A program made the translations under genes and the position numbers. Source: a virus. From it: a DNA stretch of 41,630 bases. How positions within the stretch are numbered: the stretch's first letter is position 1; every line of letters starts with the position of its first letter. Location: UHGV virus genome UHGV-1355554, one strand, 5' to 3'. The notes beneath the pieces are model-generated. The model saw only the letters and a program-made list of their open reading frames with translations. It did no database searches and had not been told where the DNA came from. Positions 15,781 through 24,624 of the stretch are shown here, one piece after another.

Positions 15781-17013
15781 TTGAATCGTGAAGAGCAAAT
15801 CAACAAGGCACATGATTTATTGTCAGATGGCAAATTTGAAGAAGCACGTAGTTTAGTTGAAGCCATTAAAAAACAAGACGCAGAAGAGTTAGAAAAAAAA
15901 GCTTCTGACAAAAAGCCTGACGAAGATAAAAACGTTGAAGAAACAAAAGATGAAGAAAAAGAAGAACCAAAAGAGCAAGAACCAGAAAAAAAAGAAGAAA
16001 AAGAACCAGAAAAAAAAGAAGAAAAAGAACCAGAGAAAAAACAAAAAGATGAAGAAAAACGCTCATTAGAGCAAAAAGGAGAAGAAAAAAATATGGAAAA
16101 AGTAGTGTTAGATGGAAAAGAAATCTCTCAACCAGAAACAGAAGTTCGTGGATTTTTAAATTATGTACGTTCTCATAACCCTAAAATGGACTTGCGAGCG
16201 CTTCCAGAAGGTGTAAAATCAACGGATGTGGGTGCTATTATCCCTCAAGATATTGTCACAAAAACAAAAATGTTACCTGAAACAGTTGTGGATTTACGAA
16301 ATCTAGTTCAAACAGTGAAAGTAAGCACACCTACAGGTAAATACCCTATTTTGAAATCAACAGAAGCAGTAATGCACACTGTTGAAGAACTTGAAGCAAA
16401 TCCAGACTTGGACAAACCACAATTTGACAATGTATTATATGATGTTGATACTTATCGTGGACAAATTCCAGTTTCTCGTGAATCTTTAGACGATTCAGAT
16501 GAAGATTTAGGCGCTTTAATTGCACGTCATATTCAGCGCATTGCATTGAATACAGCCAACTCTAAAATTGTTGAAAACTTGAAAACAGCAACACCTAAAA
16601 CTGTTAAGAATTTGGATGAAATCAAAGCAATCATCAATACTGAGTTTGACCCAGCATACAACTTACAGTTTATTGTATCTCAATCATTCTACAATGAAGT
16701 AGACTTAATGAAAGACAATGAAGGACGTTACCTGTTACAACCTTCAATCACTGCTCAATCAGGAAAATCTCTACTTGGTTTGAATGTGACTGTACTATCT
16801 GATAAATTGCTAGGCGGTTCAGCAGGAGCTAAAGTAGCATTCTTAGGTGATCCAGCTGGATTTACATCATTCTTTGACCGTAACGAAATGGCAGTCCGTT
16901 GGCAAGAACATCAACATTATGGTGAAATTCTAGCAGCAGCAATGCGTTTTGACGTTAAAAAAGTAGACGCAGCAGCTGGTAAATTCTTAACTCTTGCGCC
17001 AGCGGTAAAGTAA
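15781..17013 (+). CDS. Major capsid protein (HK97 fold) with an N-terminal KE-rich delta/scaffold domain; TTG start
   Basis: No separate scaffold gene. Roughly the first 110 aa are Lys/Glu-rich with a tandem EPEKKEEK repeat. The C-terminal 300 aa are HK97 MCP-like. Confidence 0.85.
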   Translation: MNREEQINKAHDLLSDGKFEEARSLVEAIKKQDAEELEKKASDKKPDEDKNVEETKDEEKEEPKEQEPEKKEEKEPEKKEEKEPEKKQKDEEKRSLEQKGEEKNMEKVVLDGKEISQPETEVRGFLNYVRSHNPKMDLRALPEGVKSTDVGAIIPQDIVTKTKMLPETVVDLRNLVQTVKVSTPTGKYPILKSTEAVMHTVEELEANPDLDKPQFDNVLYDVDTYRGQIPVSRESLDDSDEDLGALIARHIQRIALNTANSKIVENLKTATPKTVKNLDEIKAIINTEFDPAYNLQFIVSQSFYNEVDLMKDNEGRYLLQPSITAQSGKSLLGLNVTVLSDKLLGGSAGAKVAFLGDPAGFTSFFDRNEMAVRWQEHQHYGEILAAAMRFDVKKVDAAAGKFLTLAPAVK

Positions 17014-17082
17014 CAACGCCTAGTAACGTAGCAACTCAAGACGTTACTGCAACAGGCGTTACTATCACAGCAGTGTAACATT

Positions 17083-17120
17083 AGGTGAGTGAAGCGATTA
17101 TGCTCACTCACCTTTTTATT
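17083..17120 (+). terminator. Rho-independent terminator after the capsid gene
   Basis: 10-bp stem AGGTGAGTGA/TCACTCACCT followed by T5. Confidence 0.55.
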
Positions 17121-17146
17121 ATAAAATAGAAAAGGAGAGTTGTCAA

Positions 17147-17323
17147 ATGACACGTACATTCAAAGTATATAACGGAGAACAAGTAATCAAAGAAGGAGCT
17201 TCACCGTTAGCAATCACTGATTTAACAGCATCAACACAATATAATTTGAAGATTTCAGCGGTTGAAGACGGTAAAGAGTCAGCAAAAGTAGATGTTCCAG
17301 AATTTACAACATTAGCAGAATAG
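17147..17323 (+). CDS. 58-aa protein encoding the C-terminal half of an FN3/Ig-like domain
   Basis: RBS AAAAGGAGAG. FKVYNGEQVIKEGASPLAITDLTASTQYNLKISAVEDGKESAKV matches the C'-G strands of FN3/Big domains. Confidence 0.45.
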   Translation: MTRTFKVYNGEQVIKEGASPLAITDLTASTQYNLKISAVEDGKESAKVDVPEFTTLAE

Positions 17324-17344
17324 GAAGGGGTTACCCCCTTCTTT
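17324..17344 (+). terminator. Short GC hairpin GAAGGGG-ttac-CCCCTTC with a weak U-tract
   Basis: Read directly. Confidence 0.35.
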
Positions 17345-17358
17345 AAGGAGGTTAGATA

Positions 17359-17628
17359 ATGTTAACAGTAGCAGAAATTAAAAATAATTTGCGTATTGAC
17401 TATGATGAGGATGACGCCTACCTAGAAATGTTACTTGGAGCAGCACAACTCTACATTTTAGGTAGTATTGAAGTAACCGTATTACCAGATGACCCAAAAA
17501 CAAATACCCTAATATTCATGCTTGTATCCTTATGGTATGAAAATCGTGTGCCAGCAACTAACGCAATGCAACAACAAGTACCATTCACTATTACAGCAAT
17601 GATTCATCAATTGAGGGGTGTTGTATAA
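17359..17628 (+). CDS. Head-tail connector / DNA-packaging protein (gp6-like)
   Basis: 89 aa, MLTVAEIKNNLRIDYDEDDAYLEMLL.... Position after the capsid gene. Confidence 0.65.
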   Translation: MLTVAEIKNNLRIDYDEDDAYLEMLLGAAQLYILGSIEVTVLPDDPKTNTLIFMLVSLWYENRVPATNAMQQQVPFTITAMIHQLRGVV

Positions 17629-17963
17629 TGGCAAACATCAAGACATCAAAGTTGAATCAGCGGATTACACTACTAGTGAAAACGCGTTCACGAAATGAGT
17701 ACTTTGAGTGGATTGAAACATGGAATCCAGATAGAAAAATATGGTGTTCCGTCAAACAGCAGTACTTTAAAGACTATCAAGACACGTATGGAACAACGCT
17801 AGCTAATACAACAAACTTTATTATTAGATACGACACAGGACAACTGGTTTCAAAGTCTAATCGTATTGAATTCAAAGGTAAGCAATATAGAATAGAGGAC
17901 ATTCTGGAAGGTTCATTTGATAGAGACTTCACTACATTAGTATGCAAACAAGTGGAGGACTAA
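17628..17963 (+). CDS. Head closure / head-tail joining protein
   Basis: Size and synteny. Confidence 0.45.
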   Translation: MANIKTSKLNQRITLLVKTRSRNEYFEWIETWNPDRKIWCSVKQQYFKDYQDTYGTTLANTTNFIIRYDTGQLVSKSNRIEFKGKQYRIEDILEGSFDRDFTTLVCKQVED

Positions 17964-17964
17964 T

Positions 17965-18336
17965 ATGAAAAAGAACTATGTTGATTTCAGCTCAGCCTAT
18001 AAAGCAATAGGGAAAACGGAAAAGCAATTTGAAAAGGCAGCCGTCAAAGCGGTAGAAGTGGCTGGAGAATATGCGTCAAAACAGTTGAAGACCAAGACAC
18101 CAATTGATTATGATACAAAAACACATATGCGAGACCACATTGTCTATAGTAAACCAACAGTAAATAAACCAGTTTCAGAAGTTGGTTTTGACAAGCAAGT
18201 CGCCTGGCGCGCGCATTTTGTGGAGTTTGGGACGATTAAACAACCACCACAAGCCTTTATACAAAAAACAATGAGAGACATAGAAAACAAAGTAGCAGAT
18301 ATTATTCAATCAGAAATGATGAGGAGGTTAAAATAA
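17965..18336 (+). CDS. HK97 gp10-family tail component
   Basis: HFVEFGTIKQPPQAF motif. Confidence 0.6.
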   Translation: MKKNYVDFSSAYKAIGKTEKQFEKAAVKAVEVAGEYASKQLKTKTPIDYDTKTHMRDHIVYSKPTVNKPVSEVGFDKQVAWRAHFVEFGTIKQPPQAFIQKTMRDIENKVADIIQSEMMRRLK

Positions 18337-18701
18337 TGAAATTACCAATCCTAATGATTGCTGAAGTATTAGAAGAATCTATCCCAGAGATAAACTGGTT
18401 TGTCAATCAGATTGAAGAAGAAAAACAAGTAAATCCACCATACCCTCTAGGACGCATTGTAGAGCTATCTGGCGACTATGTAGATTATGCCTCAGAACAA
18501 CCTAATTATCTAACAACAAGCGTTCAGGTGGACGTCTGGGTGCGTGACGTACAAGAATCAAACAAGTACTACTTTCTACTTGATAAAGTTATGAGAGAGC
18601 AAGGTATTCAATGTACTTATACAGAAGAAACACAAGACCAGGACTTGAAAGAAGGACGCAGGATTATTAAGCGTTATGTATTATCTCAGCGTGTCTTGTA
18701 A
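18336..18701 (+). CDS. Tail completion / terminator protein
   Basis: Synteny immediately upstream of the major tail protein. Confidence 0.4.
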   Translation: MKLPILMIAEVLEESIPEINWFVNQIEEEKQVNPPYPLGRIVELSGDYVDYASEQPNYLTTSVQVDVWVRDVQESNKYYFLLDKVMREQGIQCTYTEETQDQDLKEGRRIIKRYVLSQRVL

Positions 18702-18762
18702 TTAAACACAAACACTTAATAATGTGCTATAATTACTATAGAAACAAAATAAAACAAAGGAC

Positions 18763-19338
18763 GTGATTATTATCGCTTTAATCGGATTTGAAAAAGCCAT
18801 TATCTCTGTGCCAAAAGTAAGCGGAGAAGGCGTAGACCAGTTAGTAATTGATAAAACAGGTGGAGGTACAATTGAAGCAAGTATCTCAGGAATTTCACCA
18901 GACCAAACAACCGTATATGCGTCAAATGTACCTATTTGGGTATCAGCAAAAGGTGTTGGTGAGTTAACAGCCTCATTAAACGTGTTTGACCTTTATAAAA
19001 ACAACGTTTACGAGCGTGTTATGGGTATCACTCGTGACGAAGATGGTGTAGCAATGGTTGGACAAGATACAGAAGCACCGTATGTGTCAGTAGTATTTGT
19101 ATCAAGCACCGCAGATGGTAAGAAGATGTTCCTTGGTTTGACAAAAGGACGTTTCTCACATCCAGAATTAGCCTTGAACACATCAGAAGCTGGTGGAACA
19201 GAACCAAATACAGAAACAATTGAAGGTTCATTTGTAACGGACTCACGTGGTATTGCATACATGAGTGGTGTGGAAGATGGTTCTAAGTTAACACTAGACA
19301 AATTCATCAACAAAGTTAACAACGTATCAGCAGGTTAA
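18763..19338 (+). CDS. Major tail protein (GTG start)
   Basis: 191 aa, highly expressed-type position. TGTGCTATAAT promoter at 18725. Strong terminator downstream. Confidence 0.7.
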   Translation: MIIIALIGFEKAIISVPKVSGEGVDQLVIDKTGGGTIEASISGISPDQTTVYASNVPIWVSAKGVGELTASLNVFDLYKNNVYERVMGITRDEDGVAMVGQDTEAPYVSVVFVSSTADGKKMFLGLTKGRFSHPELALNTSEAGGTEPNTETIEGSFVTDSRGIAYMSGVEDGSKLTLDKFINKVNNVSAG

Positions 19339-19343
19339 CCCTT

Positions 19344-19376
19344 AAACCTAGTCTTAATTGACTAGGTTTTTTATTT
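19344..19376 (+). terminator. Rho-independent terminator after the major tail gene
   Basis: 10-bp stem AAACCTAGTC/GACTAGGTTT, loop TTAATT, then a T-run. Confidence 0.6.
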
Positions 19377-19440
19377 GCACAAGTAAGTGAATTTATGTTA
19401 TAATGAACTAGTAAAGAATTTAAAAATTGGAGGAATTGAA

Positions 19441-19770
19441 ATGATTACATTAAAATTAGAAATTGACGGAAAAACAAAAGAGTTTAAACAAAAATCAGTT
19501 AAGGTGCGTTCAATGCGTGAAATGATGAAATTCCAAGCACGTATGGAAAAGGTACAATCTGGAGAGGAAGAAATGTCACCATTAGAACAAATTGACGCAA
19601 TGGTTATGTTAGTGGCGGATGTATTTGACAATCCAGAAGTAAACTTTGAAACCATCATTGATGGAGTTGAAGCAGATAAACTAGAAGAAGTACTGGGTGG
19701 CGTATTTGACGCTATTGGTGGTGGACAAGCAGCACCAGCAAAAAAGGAGAAAAAGACCTCTCAGAAATAA
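19441..19770 (+). CDS. Tail assembly chaperone G
   Basis: ATG at 19441 with RBS TTGGAGGA. The track's 19387 start lies upstream of the TATGTTATAAT promoter at 19394. Confidence 0.7.
   Translation: MITLKLEIDGKTKEFKQKSVKVRSMREMMKFQARMEKVQSGEEEMSPLEQIDAMVMLVADVFDNPEVNFETIIDGVEADKLEEVLGGVFDAIGGGQAAPAKKEKKTSQK
19740..19746 (+). promoter_or_regulatory. -1 programmed frameshift slippery heptamer A_AAA_AAG
   Basis: Zero frame reads GCA AAA AAG GAG.... The -1 frame continues as GGA GAA AAA GAC ... into the 19794-20000 ORF. Confidence 0.6.
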
Positions 19771-20000
19771 GTTGGGAGGAACATCTTGAAGCAATGGATA
19801 AAATGTACACTGACCTTTTATCCAGTGAGTCTGGAACATGGTCTCTATCAGAAATTAACAACGCAGATTATAATTTACTAATGGAACTATTTACAAAAGA
19901 CAATAAACCTAAAAAAGAAAAACTGCAAGATCCAATAGATTTCTTTGGTACATTTATGAGTCCACAAGATATGGCAAAAGTAAAAGGTGAGACACTTTAG
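19746..20000 (+). CDS. T-extension of the G-T tail chaperone fusion, reached by -1 frameshift
   Basis: The -1 frame from the slippery site is open to the stop at 19998-20000. Conserved G/GT arrangement upstream of the tape measure gene. Confidence 0.55.
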   Translation, partial: GEKDLSEISWEEHLEAMDKMYTDLLSSESGTWSLSEINNADYNLLMELFTKDNKPKKEKLQDPIDFFGTFMSPQDMAKVKGETL

Positions 20001-20024
20001 CACACCGCTAGAGTGTCTCTTTTT
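19989..20024 (+). terminator. Hairpin GAGACACT...AGTGTCTC plus T5, a terminator/attenuator in front of the tape measure gene
   Basis: Overlaps the end of the T-extension ORF. The TGTTATAAT promoter follows at 20026. Confidence 0.45.
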
Positions 20025-20067
20025 ATGTTATAATAGATTAAGAAAGCAAGCAAAAGGAGTGAAATGC

Positions 20068-23000
20068 ATGGCACAAGATAGACCTATAGGAAATATGAAA
20101 TTTGGCATTGGTTTTGATGGGTTTGATGAGTCTTTAAATACATTAGATAAATTAAATAAAGCCTTAAAACAGTCAGAGTCAAGCATGAAGGCGACCATGT
20201 CAACCTTTGATAAGGCTGGTGCCTCTGCTGAAGACCTATCACGCAAACAGCAAGGGTTAATTGATACTACAGAATTACAAGCAAAGAAAATACAATTGTT
20301 GGAAAAACGTAGAGAAGAATATATTCAGACCTACGGAAAAGAATCTAAACAAGTGGCTAATGTTACAACCCAAATTAACACCGCTACTGTTAAATACAAC
20401 AAGCTATCAAAAGAGCTTGACTCAACGAAACAAGCTTACATCCTAGCTAGTGCTGGTGTGGATAAATACGCTTCAGCAATCAAAGACAATGAAAAAGCAA
20501 TGAATGATGAAATTAAAGCATTCAAAGAAGCTGGTGATAAAGCTGGAGAGTTGGAAGCAAAGCAACGTGGACTAACAAAACAAGCAGAGTTGACAGAGCA
20601 AGCCATTGAATCACAAAAACAAGCAATAAACAAAATGGCTCAAGAATTTGGTGAATCATCTACACAAGTAGCACAAGCACAGACTAAATTAGAAGAGTTC
20701 AAACGCTCAGCAAAAAACACAGATACACGTTTAGATGGAGTAACTAGCGCACTATCTGAGTTGAAAAAAGAAGCTTCTAATGTAGACGATAAAGTAGATA
20801 AAGCTGGAGACGCACTTGAAGAAGCAGGTAAACAAGGTAATAAAGCGGAAGCTGGTTTTAAAAATGCCACTAAAGAATTTAGCGCATTGGCAACCGGTTT
20901 AGCTGTTGCCATATCAACAAAAGCACTAGATATGGCAACTGAGGCAGCAAACGCTCTGAAAGAATCATTCAATGAAGTAGTGGAAGCCTCAAATAGATTT
21001 CAGGGTAAAATGGGAATTACGAAAGGTGAATCTAAACAATTCCTAAATTTTGCGAATGAGTTAGTAAAATCAGGAATGGTAGATAGCTTGGAAGAAGCTC
21101 AAGAGGCTATTACTCAAGTATACCAAACAGCTGGTAAAAAAGTTACGCCAGAAGGATTGAAACAACTAACAAAATACGCAATATCATTCAGTAAAACATT
21201 TGATACAGATGTGAATGAGACCATGCGTGGTGCTTCACGTATGATGGAAAACTTTGGTATCAGTGCTGAAGAAGCTTTTGACTTACTGACAGCAGGCGCA
21301 CAAAAAGGATTGAATCAATCAAATGAGTTAGCAGATAATATGGCTGAATACTCTCAATTATTTGGTCAAATGGGATTTACAGCAGAGGAAACCTTTAGTT
21401 TACTTGAAGCTGGTCTAGACGGTGGAGCATATAACTTAGACAAAGTAAATGATTTAATTAAAGAGATGGGTATATCATTAACAGACGGACGTTTTGAAGA
21501 AAACACAGACATGTTCAGCGAATCCACAAGGAACTTATTCAATGAGTGGAAAAACGGAAAAGCCACTCAGGGTGAAGTAGTTAAGGCTATGATGAATGAC
21601 TTTGCGAATATGGAAGGTGGGTATGACGCCCTAAATAGAGCAGGTACAGTTTGGTCTGCACTAGGTGAAGATAACTCACTTAAAGTAATCAAAGCAATGG
21701 CAGGAGCTAGTACTTCCTTTGGTGAAACTAAGGGTAGTGCAGAAGATTTGAATAACACCATGACTAATACTACAGCATGGGAAGCCTTTACTAATGGGGT
21801 GAAAGGAACGGTAAACTCAATAGCTATATGGGCACAAGAGTTTACTGGTGGGATGACAGAACCAATTGAGAATTTCTTCAATAATACATTACCTAATGCT
21901 ATGAAAACACTAGATTTCTTTTTCTTTTTTGTTAGTAACTTCATCTCAAATTTAAAAGATATTATTGGTAAAATGTGGTCTGGACAGGACACAGTAAGTG
22001 ACCAACACATTTTAAACATGATGGGGTTCAGTTGGGAAAGTATCTGGGCGTTAGATGATTTCATCACACAAGTTAAGGAGAAGGGTGAAGTATTAACCCA
22101 GTATATTAAAGGTTTCTGGCAGTTGTTTACTGGTGATGAAGCTACCCAAATGCAAGGGTACTCCTTACTCCGTTCATTAGGAATGAGTCAAGAAGATATA
22201 GCAGCACTAGAAACAGCTAAAGAAAATATTATGAAGGCTTTTGATTCTGTAAAAGAGGTAATAATAAACCTCCTTGAAGATGGTTTGGATAAAATGATTC
22301 AAGCATGGAAAGACTTAGTTCAGATTTGGCAGGACGTTATAGCACCCGATTTATTACCACTGTTTCAACAGTTCGCAGACTGGCTCAGTCGTCTCACAGG
22401 CGATTTAGCAGTTATTAGTGGGGCATTAGACAATTTCGGTGGGTCAGGAAAACGCAACAGTAATATTATTATTGAAGCATTCTCAATACTATGGGAAACA
22501 CTGAAAATAAAACTTGGGCTCATCATGGCAACAATAGAAACAACCATGATTATCATTTCTAGTACAATCAAGATTTGGAGTGATATTTTCAAAGGTGATT
22601 GGGAAGGCGCTTGGAATGGTATTAAAGGTATGTATGATCGCATATCTGATTCAATCAAAACCAATTTGAAAAACACATTCTTAGGTGATATGATTAAAAG
22701 TATTGAAGACTGGAACATTAGGACAACAACGGCGTTCACTGGTTGGATTACTGACATATCTATTAAGTTTGGTACATGGCTAACCAACATGAAGACGTGG
22801 TTCAAAAACTTACCAGGAGAATTAGCTGAGAAGTTTAAATCAGGAGGAAGTACATTAGCAAACGCCTTTAAATCTGTATTTAACGGAGCACTAAGAGCCA
22901 TTGGAAAACCAGTAAATGGTATCATTAAAGGTGCTTCATGGATACTTGAAAAATTAGGCGCAGAACCTCTAAAAGAGTGGGACGTACCACAATACGCAAA

Positions 23001-24555
23001 AGGTACCCCAGAAGGTGGACATCCAATCAATGGCCCAATGATGGTTAACGATGGACGTGGAGCAGAAACAGTTATCACACCAGATGGTAGAGCCTTCATT
23101 CCTAAAGGACGTAACGTAGTATTGAATGCACCAAAAGGAACACACGTCTTGACCGCGGAAGAAACAGCTCAACTTCAAGGATCAAAAGCACCAAAATATC
23201 GTTACAAAAAAGGGACAAACTTCTTTGGTAATATGTGGGATAGTGTGAAAAATGTTGCTGGTAATGTAGGCAACACACTAAAAAATGTAGTAGGTGACGT
23301 GTGGGACTTCATTTCAGACCCTGGCGCATTAGCTAGAAAAGTACTTGGTGGCTTAGATGTATTAGGTGGCTTGACAAAATATCCGCTAGAAGTAGGTAAA
23401 GGTATTCTATCTAAAGCAACAAGCGCACTAACTGAAAAGATTACTGGTCTATTCTCATCTGGTAACTTAGATACCTCCATAGGAACAAATGGTGTCTATA
23501 AATACTTAGCAGATGTTGCTAAGTCTGTAATGAAGAAATTCCCAGGGTTTATGGTAACGTCAGGATATCGTGAAGGTGACGCATATTCACATGGTAAACG
23601 TAATGCCATTGATATTGCCCTACCAGGTGTCACAGGCGGCTCACCACGCTACACAGAAGCAGCAAACTATGCGTTTGATAAATTTGCCTCTAAGATTGGT
23701 TACGTGATCACTAATGGTAAAGTTCGTGACCGTTCAGGACAATCAGGTACAGGTATTCATGATGATTGGAGACCCTGGCCCGTTGGAGACCACTACGACC
23801 ACGTGCATTTAAACGGTATAAAAGACCCACAAAACACTCAAATCTCAGGTGATAGCGTGGGAGGTAGTGGAGTAGAAAGATGGCGTAATGTAGCAATTAG
23901 AGCATTGAAAATGACTGGTCAATATAGTACTGCCAACCTAAACGCATTACTTAATCAAATGCGCACAGAGTCAAATGGTAACCCTAAAGCGATTAACTTA
24001 TGGGATCCAAACGCTATGAAGGGTACACCATCAAAAGGTTTAATGCAGGTGATAGACCCAACCTTCAGACAGTATGCAACGCCTGGATTCAACAGTAATA
24101 TCTATGACCCATTATCTAACATTCTTGCTTCCATCAGATATGCCCTCGCAACGTATGGGTCACTAACAAATGCGTATCGTGGAGTTGGTTATGAAAACGG
24201 TGGAATCATCACGAAAGAACACATTGCAAGAGTTGGAGAAGGTAACAAGGAAGAAGTAGTTATTCCACTAACTGGTTCTGGTTTAAAACGCTCTAGAGCT
24301 ATGCAACTATTAGCATATGCAAATGAGAAGTTGAATAAACAGAGTACTTCAACAACGGTTACTACAAATAACTCTAACTCTGACTCTAACCTACAACTTA
24401 TTATTGCTCTAATGCAACAACAAAATGAGCTACTAGTTCAACTCTTAGAAAAGAATACTGATGTTCTAATAGATGGTAAGTCATTAAATCGTGAATTGCA
24501 GAAGATAAACAAAACTGAACAAAGAAACACCAATCGCGCACTAGGGTTAATTTAA
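20068..24555 (+). CDS. Tape measure protein with C-terminal LAS/M15-like peptidase and lytic transglycosylase domains
   Basis: ATG at 20068 after AAAGGAG. Coiled-coil N-terminus. SHGKRNAID...DHYDHVH (H-x6-D...DxxH). ESNGNPKAINLWDPNAMKGTPSKGLMQVIDPTF is an SLT motif. Confidence 0.85.
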   Translation: MAQDRPIGNMKFGIGFDGFDESLNTLDKLNKALKQSESSMKATMSTFDKAGASAEDLSRKQQGLIDTTELQAKKIQLLEKRREEYIQTYGKESKQVANVTTQINTATVKYNKLSKELDSTKQAYILASAGVDKYASAIKDNEKAMNDEIKAFKEAGDKAGELEAKQRGLTKQAELTEQAIESQKQAINKMAQEFGESSTQVAQAQTKLEEFKRSAKNTDTRLDGVTSALSELKKEASNVDDKVDKAGDALEEAGKQGNKAEAGFKNATKEFSALATGLAVAISTKALDMATEAANALKESFNEVVEASNRFQGKMGITKGESKQFLNFANELVKSGMVDSLEEAQEAITQVYQTAGKKVTPEGLKQLTKYAISFSKTFDTDVNETMRGASRMMENFGISAEEAFDLLTAGAQKGLNQSNELADNMAEYSQLFGQMGFTAEETFSLLEAGLDGGAYNLDKVNDLIKEMGISLTDGRFEENTDMFSESTRNLFNEWKNGKATQGEVVKAMMNDFANMEGGYDALNRAGTVWSALGEDNSLKVIKAMAGASTSFGETKGSAEDLNNTMTNTTAWEAFTNGVKGTVNSIAIWAQEFTGGMTEPIENFFNNTLPNAMKTLDFFFFFVSNFISNLKDIIGKMWSGQDTVSDQHILNMMGFSWESIWALDDFITQVKEKGEVLTQYIKGFWQLFTGDEATQMQGYSLLRSLGMSQEDIAALETAKENIMKAFDSVKEVIINLLEDGLDKMIQAWKDLVQIWQDVIAPDLLPLFQQFADWLSRLTGDLAVISGALDNFGGSGKRNSNIIIEAFSILWETLKIKLGLIMATIETTMIIISSTIKIWSDIFKGDWEGAWNGIKGMYDRISDSIKTNLKNTFLGDMIKSIEDWNIRTTTAFTGWITDISIKFGTWLTNMKTWFKNLPGELAEKFKSGGSTLANAFKSVFNGALRAIGKPVNGIIKGASWILEKLGAEPLKEWDVPQYAKGTPEGGHPINGPMMVNDGRGAETVITPDGRAFIPKGRNVVLNAPKGTHVLTAEETAQLQGSKAPKYRYKKGTNFFGNMWDSVKNVAGNVGNTLKNVVGDVWDFISDPGALARKVLGGLDVLGGLTKYPLEVGKGILSKATSALTEKITGLFSSGNLDTSIGTNGVYKYLADVAKSVMKKFPGFMVTSGYREGDAYSHGKRNAIDIALPGVTGGSPRYTEAANYAFDKFASKIGYVITNGKVRDRSGQSGTGIHDDWRPWPVGDHYDHVHLNGIKDPQNTQISGDSVGGSGVERWRNVAIRALKMTGQYSTANLNALLNQMRTESNGNPKAINLWDPNAMKGTPSKGLMQVIDPTFRQYATPGFNSNIYDPLSNILASIRYALATYGSLTNAYRGVGYENGGIITKEHIARVGEGNKEEVVIPLTGSGLKRSRAMQLLAYANEKLNKQSTSTTVTTNNSNSDSNLQLIIALMQQQNELLVQLLEKNTDVLIDGKSLNRELQKINKTEQRNTNRALGLI

Positions 24556-24566
24556 TATTTATAAAT

Positions 24567-24597
24567 AAAGGTGGTTCACAGCCACCTTTATTTGTGT
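24567..24597 (+). terminator. Rho-independent terminator after the tape measure gene
   Basis: AAAGGTGG-ttcacag-CCACCTTT followed by a T-run. A TGTGTTATAAT promoter follows. Confidence 0.55.
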
Positions 24598-24624
24598 TAT
24601 AATTAATAAAAAGGAGGAAGAATC

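Noticed and set aside
16921-17013. Canonical -1 slippery heptamer at the 3' end of the capsid gene to access the Ig-like extension
   Set aside because: No X_XXY_YYZ heptamer in the zero frame between the -1-frame stop (16980) and the capsid-gene stop. The extension is presently inaccessible by standard programmed frameshifting.
17076-17150. T4 gene-60-style translational bypass across the hairpin between the FN3 fragments
   Set aside because: Take-off and landing codons do not match and the two fragments are in different frames. Decay or independent expression is more parsimonious.
20436-23896. Eight minus-strand ORFs (61-244 aa) inside the tape measure gene
   Set aside because: Ala/Ser/Leu-rich antisense artefacts of the repetitive tape measure coding strand. 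No RBS. The tape measure frame is continuous.
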